NCBI GenBank assembly: GCA_963703565.1
Contig: CAVPEW010000042.1
Coordinates: forward strand, 33,327-97,326
From: an uncultured Microthrixaceae bacterium
GTDB taxonomy: Bacteria; Actinomycetota; Acidimicrobiia; Acidimicrobiales; VFJN01
DNA length: 64,000 nucleotides
Direction: 5' to 3'
The notes under the pieces are model-generated. The model was not told the DNA's origin and searched no databases. It saw only the letters and a program-made list of their open reading frames with translations. Shown one piece after another: positions 35,881 to 46,399 of this stretch. Position 1 is the first letter of the stretch. Each line of letters opens with the position of its first letter. Made by a program: the position numbers and the translations under genes.

Positions 35881-37149
35881 GTGAGCACCGACGACGAGAT
35901 CCGCGAGCAGGTGGCCGGCTTCGCGGCCGAGCAGTGGGACCCGACCCTCACCGTGCGCGAGTGGTGGGCGCGGTTGGGTCGTTCCGGCTGGGCCTTCCCG
36001 ACCTGGCCAACCGGGTGGTTCGGGCGCGGCCTGGGCCTCGAGCAGGGTGGAGTGGCCCGCCGCGCCCTCGTTCAGGCCGGCGTGCTGGGCCCCCCCGGTG
36101 GGCTCGGCCAGTCGCTGGCCGCCCCCACGCTGTTGGCCCATGCGACCGAGGAGCAGAAGGGCTGGTGGATCGAGGCGCTGGCCACCGGCGCCGAGGCCTG
36201 GTGCCAGTTCTTCAGCGAGCCCGGTTCGGGGTCCGATCTGGCCAGCCTGGCCACCAGGGCCGTGCGCGACGGCGACGAGTGGATCGTCAACGGGCAGAAG
36301 GTGTGGACCTCGGGCGCCCGACAGGCGGTCAGGGGCATGCTGCTCGCGCGCACCGACCTCGACGCACCCAAGCACCGGGGCATCAGCTACTTCATCATCG
36401 ACCTCGACCAGCCCGGCATCGAGATCCGCCCGCTGAAGCAGATGAACGGCGCCGCCACCTTCAACGAGGTGTTCTTCACCGATGCCCGCGTGCCCCACGC
36501 CAACCTGGTCGGCGAGCTGAACGGCGGGTGGGGCGTGGCGCTCACCACGCTCGCCTACGAGCGCTCCGGGATCGGAGGGCTCGCGTCTGCCGCCGCTCCT
36601 GGGGAGAAGGCCGGTTTCCTGGACCTCGGAGCTGGCGACGTGCTCGCCGGCCGGGCCGGGGGCGGCGCGGCGGAGTCGATGACGAGCTTCTTCGGCCAGG
36701 CCAACCGCCTGACCCGTCAGGCCGCGGAGGCTGCAGGCCGCACCGATGACCCGGTCCTGCGCCAGGGCGTGAGCCGCATCCACGCCATGCACGAGGTCAC
36801 CCGGCTCACCCGCGCCCGTGCCGAGGCCGCGGTCGTGGCCGGCGGGCGGCCGGGCCCGGAGGGATCCACGGGCAAGCTCGCCGCCGCCGTCGACATGCAC
36901 GCGGCGCGCGATGTCGCCCTGTCGGCTCTCGGAGCGCACGGCATGCTCGCGGGCGACGATGCCCCCCTCGGCGGTGCGGTCACCACCATGGCCCTGTCGG
37001 CCCACGGCATCTCGATCGCCGGCGGGACCAACGAGATCCAGCGGAACATCCTGGGTGAACGGGTCCTCGGGCTCCCCAAGGAGCCCTCGGTCGATCGTGA
37101 CGTGCCCTTCCGGGACCTGCGCGTGGGCACCCAGCGACCCGCCGACTGA
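35881..37149 (+). CDS. Acyl-CoA dehydrogenase family protein (copy 1)
   Basis: FSEPGSGSDLASL, NGQKVWTSGA and GGTNEIQRNILGERVLGLP. Confidence 0.9.
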   Translation: MSTDDEIREQVAGFAAEQWDPTLTVREWWARLGRSGWAFPTWPTGWFGRGLGLEQGGVARRALVQAGVLGPPGGLGQSLAAPTLLAHATEEQKGWWIEALATGAEAWCQFFSEPGSGSDLASLATRAVRDGDEWIVNGQKVWTSGARQAVRGMLLARTDLDAPKHRGISYFIIDLDQPGIEIRPLKQMNGAATFNEVFFTDARVPHANLVGELNGGWGVALTTLAYERSGIGGLASAAAPGEKAGFLDLGAGDVLAGRAGGGAAESMTSFFGQANRLTRQAAEAAGRTDDPVLRQGVSRIHAMHEVTRLTRARAEAAVVAGGRPGPEGSTGKLAAAVDMHAARDVALSALGAHGMLAGDDAPLGGAVTTMALSAHGISIAGGTNEIQRNILGERVLGLPKEPSVDRDVPFRDLRVGTQRPAD

Positions 37150-37184
37150 CACACGCCGAGGGCCCGCGGGCCGAGGGAGGAGCG

Positions 37185-38132
37185 ATGGCCATCAGCCTGG
37201 GCGCCCACGTGGGCCAGCAGAACATGACCATGCACGACATGAGAGCCACCTGGGCCCGCCTCGACGAGGCCGGCATGGACTGGATCTCCGCGTGGGACCA
37301 CTTCTACGAGGCGCCCCCGGCGGGGGGCACGGTGGACCACTTCGAGGCCGTCGCCACCCTCGGCGCCCTGGCGGCCGACACCAGCCACGCCCGCATCGGC
37401 TGTCTGGTCTTCTACGTCGGGTACCGGAACCCGGCGATGCTGGCCAAGGTCGCCACCACGCTCGACCACATCTCGGGCGGTCGCTTCGAGCTGGGCCTGG
37501 GGGCCGGATGGCACGAGTGGGAGGCCCGGGCCTACGGCTACGACTTCCCGCCGGTGGGCACCCGGATCGACATGCTCGCCGAGGCGCTGCCGCTGGTGCG
37601 CTCGCTGCTGACCCAGCCGCGCACCACCTTCGAGGGCCGCCACTTCCGCGCCGAGGACGCGTCGTGCCTGCCGGCGCCGGTCCAGGCCCGCCTGCCCATC
37701 TGGGTCGGGGGAACCGGCGAGCGGCGCACCCTGCGCCTGGTGGCGGGCCACGCCGATGGCTGGAACGCCGCCTACGTGTCGGCTGCCGAGTTCGGTCGCC
37801 TCTCGGGGGTCCTCGACCAGTGGTGCGACCGCGAAGGCCGCGACCGTAGCGAGGTCCGCCGCTCGGTGAACCTGATGTTCATGCTCTCCGCCGACGCCGC
37901 CGGCGCGGCTCGCGTCGAGGCGGACCTGCGCGCCCAGTGGGGCGAGGCGGCCGACAGGGTCACCCAGGGGGCGCTGGTGGGCACGCCCGACGACGCGATC
38001 GACGCGGTGTGCGCCTACGCCGAGGCGGGCGCGCAGGAGGTCAACGTGGCCCTGCGGGCTCCGTGGGACAGCGAGGCCCTCGAGGCATACCTGACCCACG
38101 TCGTGCCAGCGGTACGCGCCAGGTTGGACTGA
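37185..38132 (+). CDS. LLM-class (luciferase-like) F420-dependent oxidoreductase
   Basis: 315 aa with LDHISGGRFELGLGAGW and PIWVGGTGERRTL, the TIGR03560-like pattern. Confidence 0.8.
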   Translation: MAISLGAHVGQQNMTMHDMRATWARLDEAGMDWISAWDHFYEAPPAGGTVDHFEAVATLGALAADTSHARIGCLVFYVGYRNPAMLAKVATTLDHISGGRFELGLGAGWHEWEARAYGYDFPPVGTRIDMLAEALPLVRSLLTQPRTTFEGRHFRAEDASCLPAPVQARLPIWVGGTGERRTLRLVAGHADGWNAAYVSAAEFGRLSGVLDQWCDREGRDRSEVRRSVNLMFMLSADAAGAARVEADLRAQWGEAADRVTQGALVGTPDDAIDAVCAYAEAGAQEVNVALRAPWDSEALEAYLTHVVPAVRARLD

Positions 38133-38167
38133 GGGCGCGACGGGCGCGCTGGCCACACTGGAAGGGC

Positions 38168-41100
38168 ATGGCCCCGACCCGATCAGAGCTACGTCACGCC
38201 CTGGCCCAGGCCAGCCTGGCCGACGAGGCGCGCCTGGCCCGTCAGCTGCGCCGGGCCCGCCCCGACGAGCTCGAGGGCCTCGCCGACCGCATCGAGGTGG
38301 CCCGTGCCGCGGCCGCCGCCCGTCGCGCCGCCGTGCCCGAGGTGCGCTACCCGCCCGAGCTGCCGATCTCGCAACGGGTGGCCGAGCTGCGCGCGGCGCT
38401 CGCGGCGCACCAGGTGGTGGTGGTGGCGGGCGAGACGGGGTCGGGGAAGAGCACGCAGCTGCCCAAGATCTGCCTGGACGCCGGGTGCGGGGTGCGGGGC
38501 ATGATCGGCCACACCCAGCCACGCCGCCTGGCGGCACGCGCGGTGGCCGAGCGGGTCGCCGACGAGCTCGGGGTCGAGCTGGGCGGACGGGTCGGCTACG
38601 CCGTGCGCTTCGCCGACCGGGTCGGCGAAGCGACGCTGGTCAAGGTGATGACCGACGGGCTGCTGCTCGCCGAGCTGCGCAGCGACCCCGACCTGCGCCG
38701 CTACGACACGATCATCCTCGACGAGGCCCACGAGCGCAGCCTCAACATCGACTTCCTGCTCGGCTACCTCGCCCGGCTGTTGCCCCGCCGCCCCGACATG
38801 CGCCTGGTGGTGACATCGGCCACGATCGACACGGCGAGGTTCGCCGAGCACTTCGGCGGAGCGCCCGTGATAGAGGTGTCGGGCCGTACCTGGCCCGTCG
38901 AGCTGCGCTACAGGCCCTTCGACGGCGACGGCCGCGACCAGACCGACGCCGTGGTCGACGCGGTGCGCGAGCTGGCCACCGAGGGACCCGGCGACGTGCT
39001 GGTCTTCTGCAGCGGCGAGCGCGACATCCGAGATGCCGCCGTCGCGCTCGAGCGGGCTCGTCTGCCCCACACCGAGGTGCTGGCCCTGTACGCCCGGCTG
39101 CCCACCGCCGAGCAGCACAAGGTGTTCGCCCCCCACACCGGTCGTCGCGTCGTGCTGGCGACCAACGTCGCAGAGACCTCGCTGACCGTGCCCGGCATCC
39201 GCGGCGTCGTCGACCCCGGCACGGCGCGGATATCGCGCTACAACCGCCGCACGAAGGTCCAGCGCCTGCCGATCGAGCCGATCAGCAGGGCCTCGGCCGA
39301 CCAGCGCGCCGGGCGCTGCGGGCGCGTGGGGCCCGGCACCTGCATCCGCCTCTACTCGCCCGAGGACCTCGAGGCCCGCGCCGAGTTCACAGAACCCGAG
39401 ATCCTGCGCACCAACCTGGCCTCGGTCGTGCTGTCGATGGCCGCGCTGGGCCTGGGCGACGTGGAGGACTTCCCCTTCCTGGACCCACCCGAGGCGCGCG
39501 CGGTGGGCGACGCCGTTGCGCTGCTCGTCGAGCTGGGAAGCTCTCGAAGCGGTGTCGGTCCACCACGCTGGCAAGGCCACGGGAGGCCCCCGGTTGACCG
39601 CGCTGGGGCGATCGCTGTCGCGCCTTCCCGTGGATCCCCGCCTCGGGCGGATGATCCTGGCCGCGGAGGCCAACGGATGCGTCGAGGAGGCCATCGTGGT
39701 GGCCGCGGGGCTGACCGTGGCCGATCCCCGCCGGCGCCCCGAGGGCGACGAGGCCAGAGCGGACCAGCTCCACAGCCGGTTCGACGTCGCCGACTCGGAC
39801 CTGTCGTCGATCCTGGCGCTGTGGCGCCACCTGGCGCGCACCCAGCGCGAGCTCGGCTCGAGCGCCCTGCGCCGACGCCTGCGGGACGAGCTGCTGGACC
39901 ACCAGCGGGTGCGCGAGTGGCAGGATCTGGTCCGTCAGCTGCGCGAGGTCGTCCACGAGCTGGGCATCGCTCGTTCCAGCCGCCCCGACGACGCCGACGC
40001 GCTGCACCGCAGCGTGCTGGCCGGCCTGCTGTCGCAGATCGGCATGCGCGACCCCGACGGGCGCGAGTACCGGGGTGCGCGCCAGTCCCGCTTCGTGCTG
40101 GGTCGCTCGTCGGTGCTGCGTGGCCGCGAACCGGCGTGGGTGATGGCCGCCGAGCTGGTCGAGACCGACCGGTTGCGGGCGCACCGTGCGGCGAAGATCG
40201 ATCCCGCCTGGGTCGAACCCCTGGCCGCGCACCTCGTGCGCGTCGCCCACGGCGAGCCCCGCTGGGACGCCCAGCGCGGCACGGCGGTGGTCGACGAGCG
40301 CGTGACCCTTCACGGGTTGCCGGTTGTCACGGCGCGGCCCGTCGCCTACGAGCGGATCGATCCGGCCGGCGCGCACGCCCTGTTCGTGCGCCACGCCGTA
40401 CGCCACGGCGACGGCCTGGCCCGCCGCGCCTTCCACGACGCTCTCGACGAGGCGCTCGACGAGCTGGCCCGCCTCCAGGACCGGCTCCGGCGCGCCGACC
40501 TGGTGCCCGACGACGACGAGCTCGTCGACCTGCTCTCGTCGCGCCTGCCGGTCTCGATCACCTCGCGGACGCGGTTCGAGCGTTGGTGGCGCGGCGCCGC
40601 CGACTCCGAGCGGGCAGCGCTGGCTCCCAGCGTCGGCGAGCTGCTCGGCGGTCGGGTCGAACCGGCGGAGCTGGCCGGGCTCCCCGACCGCCTCGACCTC
40701 GGCGGTGGCGTCACCGCCGAGCTCACCTACCTGTTCGACCCCGGCGAGCCCGCCGACGGCGTGGTGGCGCACGTGTCGCTGGCCGCCCTGGGAGCCCTCG
40801 ACGCCGACCGTGTCGCGTGGGGGGTGCCCGGCCGCCGCCACGAGCTGGTCACAGCCCTGCTGCGCGCGCTGCCCAAGGACCTGCGCAGGCGCCTGGGCCC
40901 CGCCCCCGAGGTTGCCGCCGAGGTGCTGGCGGAGATCGACCCCGGCGACGGCGCCCTGGCAGTCGTGCTCGCAGCGGCGCTTCGCGACCGCTTCGACGTG
41001 CCGGTGGAGGCCGCCCACCTGGACCCGGAAGCTGCGCCCGCCCACCTGCGCCCGATCGTGCAGGTCGAGGACCCCGGCGGGGAACCGCTCGCGTGGGGCC

Positions 41101-42071
41101 GCGACGTCGCCGCGCTGGCCGCCCGGCTCGAGCCCGACCACAGCCGGCTCGTGGCCGCGGTCGGCGGCGGGATCGAGCGCAGCGGCCTCGTCGGGTGGCC
41201 CGACCTCGACCCCCTACCCGAGCAGGTGAGCGGGACCGTCGACGGCTACACCGTGCGCGGGTACCCGGCGCTGGTCGACGAGGGCGAAACGGTCGGAGTG
41301 CGCGTGCTGGCCGACCCGGGCGCCCAGCGCCGGGCCATGACGGCCGGGACGCGTCGCCTGGCGCTGCTGGTGGCGGGCAGCCCGCACGCCACGCTGGTCC
41401 GCGGCCTGGCCGGCCGGGCCGACCTCGTCGGTGTCGCGCTGCCCGGCGCCGGCCTCGAGGAGCTCGTCGCCGACAGCATCGACGCTGCCGTGGACCGGAT
41501 CGTTCGCGCACAGGGGGGACCGGCGTTCGACGGCGCCGGGTTCTCGTCGCTCGCCGCGGCGGTGCGCGGGCGCGTCGAAGCCCTGGCTTCGGCCGTCGCC
41601 GGATCCGCGCTCGACGCGGTGGTGGTCGCCGCCCGCCTCGAGGCGCGCCTGGCCGCGCTCGCCCCGACGGCCCTCGACGATGCCGTGGTGGACATGACGG
41701 ACCAGCTCCACCGCCTGTTCCCCGCCCACTTCGTGGCCCGCACCGGCCTGGATCGCGTGCCGGACCTGGCGCGCTACCTGCGGGGCGTGCAACGACGCAT
41801 CGACACCCTCGTAGAGCGTGCAGACCGCGACGCGCCGGTGGTGGCGCGCATCGTCGCACTCGAGCGCCGCTTCGCCGTGGTGCGCTCCAGGCTCGAGCCG
41901 GCGCGGTGGGCCGATCCCGACGTGGAGGCGGTCCGGTGGTCCCTCGAGGAGCTGCGGATCAGCCTGTTGGCCCAGGTCGTTGGGGCCAAGGGGCGGGTGA
42001 GCGAGGCGCGCGTCGCCGCCGCCATCGAGGACCTCGCCGCTGGCGCCCGCCACCCGAGCCGACCGACGTGA
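38168..42071 (+). pseudogene. hrpA: ATP-dependent RNA helicase HrpA, frame broken by one extra base at about 39537-39539
   Basis: GETGSGKSTQLP, DEAHERS, TSAT and QRAGRCGR are in the frame of ATG 38168. The frame ...LLVELG then switches to the frame of track ORF 39516..42071 (ALEAV...LTALGRSLSRLPVDPRLGRMIL... through to the HrpA C-terminal domains). The repaired protein would be about 1300 aa. Confidence 0.9.
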
Positions 42072-42103
42072 GAGTGGGCGTCGGCGTCGTGCCCGCCGGC
42101 CCG

Positions 42104-42727
42104 ATGGTGGCCAGCGTGCAGGTCGGGCTCCCCGCACCGTTGCGGGGTGGGGAGCGCGTGGTGCGCTCCGCCATCGTGAAGGCGCAGGTGACGGGCTCGG
42201 TCCCGATCGGCGTCGAGGGCCTCGAGGGCGACCGCCAGGCGGACCGCCGCGTGCACGGAGGGCCGGACAAGGCCGTCTACGCCTACGCCGCCGAGGACTA
42301 CCGATGGTGGAGCGCGCAGCTGGATCGGGCCGATCCGCTGCGACCGGGGACCTTCGGCGAGAACCTGACCACGGTCGGGCTCGACCTCGGCTCGTCGGCG
42401 TTGGGCGACCGGTGGCGGGTCGGCTCCGTCGTGCTCGAGGTGGCCCAGCCCCGCTCGCCGTGCGCCAAGCTCGGGATGCGCATGGGCGACCCCTGCTTCC
42501 CGGACCGCTTCACCGCCGCCGCGAGGCCGGGCGCATACCTGCGGGTGCTGGTCCCCGGCTCGCTCGCTGCCGGCGACCCGATCGAGGTCGACCCGGCACC
42601 ACCGCCGACGGTGACCATCTCCGAGGTGTTCGCCGCGCCACGCGACGTCGACCTGGCGCGACGCGTGCTGGCCGACCCGCGAGTGCCGGCGAGCTGGGCG
42701 AGCATGGCGGCGCGCCGGATGCGCTGA
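42104..42727 (+). CDS. MOSC domain-containing protein
   Basis: EGLEGDRQADRRVHGGPDKAVYAY, GENLT, and PRSPCAKL (conserved Cys). This gene is the tail of the chimeric track ORF 37937..42727. Confidence 0.8.
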   Translation: MVASVQVGLPAPLRGGERVVRSAIVKAQVTGSVPIGVEGLEGDRQADRRVHGGPDKAVYAYAAEDYRWWSAQLDRADPLRPGTFGENLTTVGLDLGSSALGDRWRVGSVVLEVAQPRSPCAKLGMRMGDPCFPDRFTAAARPGAYLRVLVPGSLAAGDPIEVDPAPPPTVTISEVFAAPRDVDLARRVLADPRVPASWASMAARRMR

Positions 42728-42749
42728 GCGTGCGGGCCACACTGGGGTC

Positions 42750-43301
42750 GTGTCGCCGACGAACGGCAAGCTCCTCGTCGCCGGGCCCATGCTCGACGAC
42801 CCCAACTTCGATCGGGTGGTCGTGCTCGTGGTCGAGCACAGCGCCGAGGGGGCCCTGGGCCTGGTCCTCAACCAGCCTTCCGAGATCCCCGTGCGCGACG
42901 CACTGCCCGAGTGGGGCGACATGGCCAGCGAACCTCCGGTCGTGCACCGTGGCGGGCCGGTCGAGCCGGCCAGCGGCTGGTGCCTGGGCCGCATCAGGGG
43001 GCCAGTACCCCACGAGGGGTTCGTGCCGCTGCTGGGCGACCTCGGCCTCGTAGACCTCGGTGGCGACCCGCAGCGCTACGTGGGGGTGCTGGCCTCGGCG
43101 CGCTTCTACGCCGGCTACTCGGGTTGGGGTGCCGGCCAACTCGAGGGCGAGCTGGCCCTCGACGCCTGGATCGTCGTGGACGCGGCACCCGGCGACCCCT
43201 TCCACCCCGATCCCGCGGCGCTGTGGCACGACATCCTCGCCCGCCAGCGAGGCCGGCTGTCCGACCTGGCCAACTTCCCGCCCCACCCCAGCGCCAACTG
43301 A
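42750..43301 (+). CDS. YqgE/AlgH family protein (UPF0301)
   Basis: LLVAGPMLDDPNFDRVVVLVVEH..EGALGLVLNQP and GYSGWGAGQLE.E. Confidence 0.85.
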   Translation: MSPTNGKLLVAGPMLDDPNFDRVVVLVVEHSAEGALGLVLNQPSEIPVRDALPEWGDMASEPPVVHRGGPVEPASGWCLGRIRGPVPHEGFVPLLGDLGLVDLGGDPQRYVGVLASARFYAGYSGWGAGQLEGELALDAWIVVDAAPGDPFHPDPAALWHDILARQRGRLSDLANFPPHPSAN

Positions 43302-43396
43302 GATCTCGGTGGCCGCTACCGTGACCCGGTCCGGGTCGGCGATGATGCCCGGATGCCTCCTGTGATGCCGGCTCCCGGCGAGTCGGGCGACTACCG

Positions 43397-44986
43397 GTGA
43401 GCGACGGTCGCGTCGCGGGTCCAGCCGACCTGTCGGTGGGAGCATTCAGCGAGGACGGCCCCTGGAGCATCGATCCCGAGCGGGTCGCGTGGCGCCACGG
43501 GCTGGACGAGGTCCGTCGGTCGGCGCGCGCCGAGGTCCCGGTGCTGATGGCTCACCGCGGCCCGCCGCCGCTGGGCCGCTTCGGGGTGACCGGGGCGCGC
43601 ATCGGCCGGGCGCTGGTGTCGTGGTGGCTCGTCGAACGGCGCCTGGGCGCTCCCGCGTCGGGTGCGGGCCTCTCGCGTCGTCTGCGGGAGGCCTTCGAGT
43701 CCCTGGGCACCACATACATCAAGCTGGGCCAGATCATCTCGTCGGGCCAGGGCCTGTTCCCCGACTACCTGGTCGAGGAGTTCAAGCGCTGCCGGGACCA
43801 GGTGCCCGCCGAGTCGTTCGACTCGGTGTACGCCGTGGTCGAGGCCGAGCTCGGCCGGCCGCTGGGGGACGTCTTCGCCCGCTTCGAGACCGCCCCTGTG
43901 GCGGCGGCGTCGATCGCCCAGGTGCACCGGGCCACGCTGCGCTCGGGCGAGGAGGTGGTCGTCAAGGTGCAGCGCCCCGGGGTCGGCGAGCGGGTGCGGC
44001 GTGACATCCGGGCCATGTCCTGGATCGCCCCCCACCTGATCGGGCGGATCCCGGTCACCGCTCTGGCCAACCCGCCGGCACTGGTCGAGGTCTTCGCCGA
44101 GACCATCCTCGAGGAGCTCGACTTCCGCCTCGAGGCCGAGAACATGCTCGACATCGCTGCCGTGCTGGCCGCGGCCGGCCAGACCGTCATCGTGGTCCCC
44201 CGCCCGCACCCGGTGCTGGTGACCAAGCGGATGCTGGTCATGGAACGCCTCGACGGCTACGCGTTCGACGACGTGGAGGGGGTGGCGGAGGCGGGCATCG
44301 ACGTCACGGCCATGTTGCGCGCCGGGCTCATCGCCTTCCTCGAGGGCGCCCTCTTCCACGGCGTGTTCCACGGCGACCTCCACGGCGGCAACCTGTTCAT
44401 CCGCCCCGACGGCCGCATAGCGCTGCTCGACTACGGGATGACGGGCCGCCTCGGCGACCTGGACCGCCTCGGTTTCGTGCGCCTGCTCGTGGCCGCCGGC
44501 ATCAACGACCAGATGGGCCAGCTCGCCGCCCTGCGGGACCTCGGGGCGTTGCCATCCGACACCGACCTGTCGGCGGTCGTGTCGGACCTGGGCCTCGACC
44601 AGCCCATGGTCGACCCGACGGCGATGTCGGCCGAGGATCTGCTGGGCGAGGTCCGGCGGCTGGTGAAGGCCCTGCTCGGCTACGGCGCCCGGCTCCCCAA
44701 GCCGCTCATGCTCTTCGTCAAGAACATGCTGTTCCTCGACGGGGCCGTCGCGTTGTACGCGCCGCACATGGACCTGTTCGCCGAGATCATGCAGATATCC
44801 GCGTACTTCACCCAGACCCACGGCGAGCGTCTCGCCGCAGAGGTCGGGCTGGACGCCGGCGACCTCGTCGTCGACATCGACAGCATCAAGCGCTCGCTCG
44901 GAATGTCGGGCCAGGAGCTCAGCTACGCCGACCTGCAGGCCCGGCGTGAGCTGATCCGTCGCCGCTTCGACGGCCGCGGGGCCTGA
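43397..44986 (+). CDS. ABC1/AarF/UbiB family atypical kinase (copy 2)
   Basis: YIKLGQIISS, AAASIAQVHRA, EVVVKVQRPG and HGDLHGGNLF...LLDYG. Confidence 0.85.
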   Translation: MSDGRVAGPADLSVGAFSEDGPWSIDPERVAWRHGLDEVRRSARAEVPVLMAHRGPPPLGRFGVTGARIGRALVSWWLVERRLGAPASGAGLSRRLREAFESLGTTYIKLGQIISSGQGLFPDYLVEEFKRCRDQVPAESFDSVYAVVEAELGRPLGDVFARFETAPVAAASIAQVHRATLRSGEEVVVKVQRPGVGERVRRDIRAMSWIAPHLIGRIPVTALANPPALVEVFAETILEELDFRLEAENMLDIAAVLAAAGQTVIVVPRPHPVLVTKRMLVMERLDGYAFDDVEGVAEAGIDVTAMLRAGLIAFLEGALFHGVFHGDLHGGNLFIRPDGRIALLDYGMTGRLGDLDRLGFVRLLVAAGINDQMGQLAALRDLGALPSDTDLSAVVSDLGLDQPMVDPTAMSAEDLLGEVRRLVKALLGYGARLPKPLMLFVKNMLFLDGAVALYAPHMDLFAEIMQISAYFTQTHGERLAAEVGLDAGDLVVDIDSIKRSLGMSGQELSYADLQARRELIRRRFDGRGA

Positions 44987-45015
44987 ACGCGGGACCCTGA
45001 TGGGCTCCAGGCGGC

Positions 45016-45747
45016 TCAGGTGTCGGTGAGGCGGCGGAACGCCTCGGCGGCGGCCAGCGAGTCGGGACGCCCCGCCGCGGCCGCCTCGGCGCGAATGCGG
45101 GCCCGGAACACCTCGAGCTGGGCGGCGGCGGTGGCGTCGTCGGCGCGCTCGTCGACCCCCATCGTCGATCGGAGCTGCGACCGGTGCGCCTCCAGGGCTG
45201 CGATCTTGGCCTCGACGAAGCCCTCCACGTCCTCGAGGTGGTCGGGCTCGTCGGCCTCGAACAACCACAGCTCGTCGGGTCGGTGCGGCGGGTTGGCCTG
45301 CTCGGTGAACACGTGGGGTTCACGCGCCGCCACCAGTGCCTCCACCGTCAGCAGGCCGGCGTGTCGATGGTCGGGGTGCAGGCGGTAGCGCTTCCACGGG
45401 TCGTGCCCCAGCAGCACCTGGGGCCGCAGCGCGCGGATCCAGTGGGCTACCTCCCAACGCTGGCGGATGCCGGACTCGAGCTCCCCGTCGGGCCAGCCGA
45501 GGAACACGACCTGCCCCGTGGCGCCCAGGGCCTGGGCGGCGGCGCGCTGCTCGGCCTGGCGTGTCACGACCAGCTCGGCCGGGCTCGAAGACGGGTCCCA
45601 GGAGCCCTTGGAGCCGTCGGTGCAGACCAGCAGGTGCACCTCGCACCCGGCGGCGGCCCACTTCGCCAGCGTCGCGCCCGCGCCGAACTCGATGTCGTCG
45701 GGGTGTGCCGCCACGGCGAGCGCGGTGGTCGGCACGTCGCCGGTCAC
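45016..45747 (-). CDS. PIG-L/LmbE family deacetylase
   Basis: AHPDDIEFGAG and HPDHRHAG are the zinc-binding motifs. GTG 45747 overlaps the cofC stop (GTGA). Confidence 0.8.
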   Translation of the reverse strand: MTGDVPTTALAVAAHPDDIEFGAGATLAKWAAAGCEVHLLVCTDGSKGSWDPSSSPAELVVTRQAEQRAAAQALGATGQVVFLGWPDGELESGIRQRWEVAHWIRALRPQVLLGHDPWKRYRLHPDHRHAGLLTVEALVAAREPHVFTEQANPPHRPDELWLFEADEPDHLEDVEGFVEAKIAALEAHRSQLRSTMGVDERADDATAAAQLEVFRARIRAEAAAAGRPDSLAAAEAFRRLTDT

Positions 45748-46355
45748 GAGCCGCTCACCGGGCCCGGCAGCTCGAGGTCCGCAGGCACGTCGACGTCCCA
45801 TCCCAGTCGCTCGTCGGGCACCAGGCGGGCTGGCAGCCCCAACCGGGCCGCCTCGACACGGTGCGCAGCGAAGCTGCCCGGCCCGTAGGCGAAGCGGAAG
45901 CCGGCTGCGGTCGGCACGGCGGCCACGTTGGTGCCGTCGAGGCGGCGGTCGGGCACCAGGGTCACGCCGTCGAAGTCCGCCACCCAGGCGAGCTCGGTGG
46001 CCAGGGGCAGGTCGGCGTGCGCGACCACGGCGGTGGCGACTCCCCGCCGGGCCAGCTCGGCCACAGCGGCCTCGACGGCGCCGTTGAGGCCCAGGCCCGG
46101 GGTCCACAGAACCTCGGCGCCGGCGCGGAGCGCCCATGCGCGCACTTCCGGGTCGTCGCAGACCACCGCGGCGGGCAGCGGCTCGGCGGCCGCGAGCACC
46201 GTGGCCGCCATCCGGCGCGCCAGCTCGGCGCGAGCCTCGGGGGCCAGGGCCGGGGCCAGGCGGACCTTGGCCGTCGAGAAGGCCTTCACCGGCACGAGCA
46301 CGGCACTCGGCCCAACCGAGGGAGGAGACCCGGCCGCGACGCGCACCGTGGGCAC
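45744..46355 (-). CDS. cofC: 2-phospho-L-lactate/phosphoenolpyruvate guanylyltransferase (F420 biosynthesis)
   Basis: AVLVPVKAFSTAKVRL, LNGAVEAA, DLP and DRRLDGTN are CofC/FbiD patterns. The start is GTG 46355 (GGGG 4 nt upstream) or GTG 46346. Confidence 0.75.
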   Translation of the reverse strand: MPTVRVAAGSPPSVGPSAVLVPVKAFSTAKVRLAPALAPEARAELARRMAATVLAAAEPLPAAVVCDDPEVRAWALRAGAEVLWTPGLGLNGAVEAAVAELARRGVATAVVAHADLPLATELAWVADFDGVTLVPDRRLDGTNVAAVPTAAGFRFAYGPGSFAAHRVEAARLGLPARLVPDERLGWDVDVPADLELPGPVSGS

Positions 46356-46399
46356 GGTACCCCGTCGTCGCGGCGAACGGCCCGCCCTAAGGTCGTCGG

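Noticed and set aside
37937-42727. A 1596-aa plus-strand ORF that looks like one huge protein.
   Set aside because: It is a chimera. It starts out of frame inside the LLM oxidoreductase gene and is the true hrpA frame only up to the frame break at about 39538. It is then off-frame nonsense for about 2.5 kb, and it finally coincides with the true frame of the MOSC gene (42104..42727).
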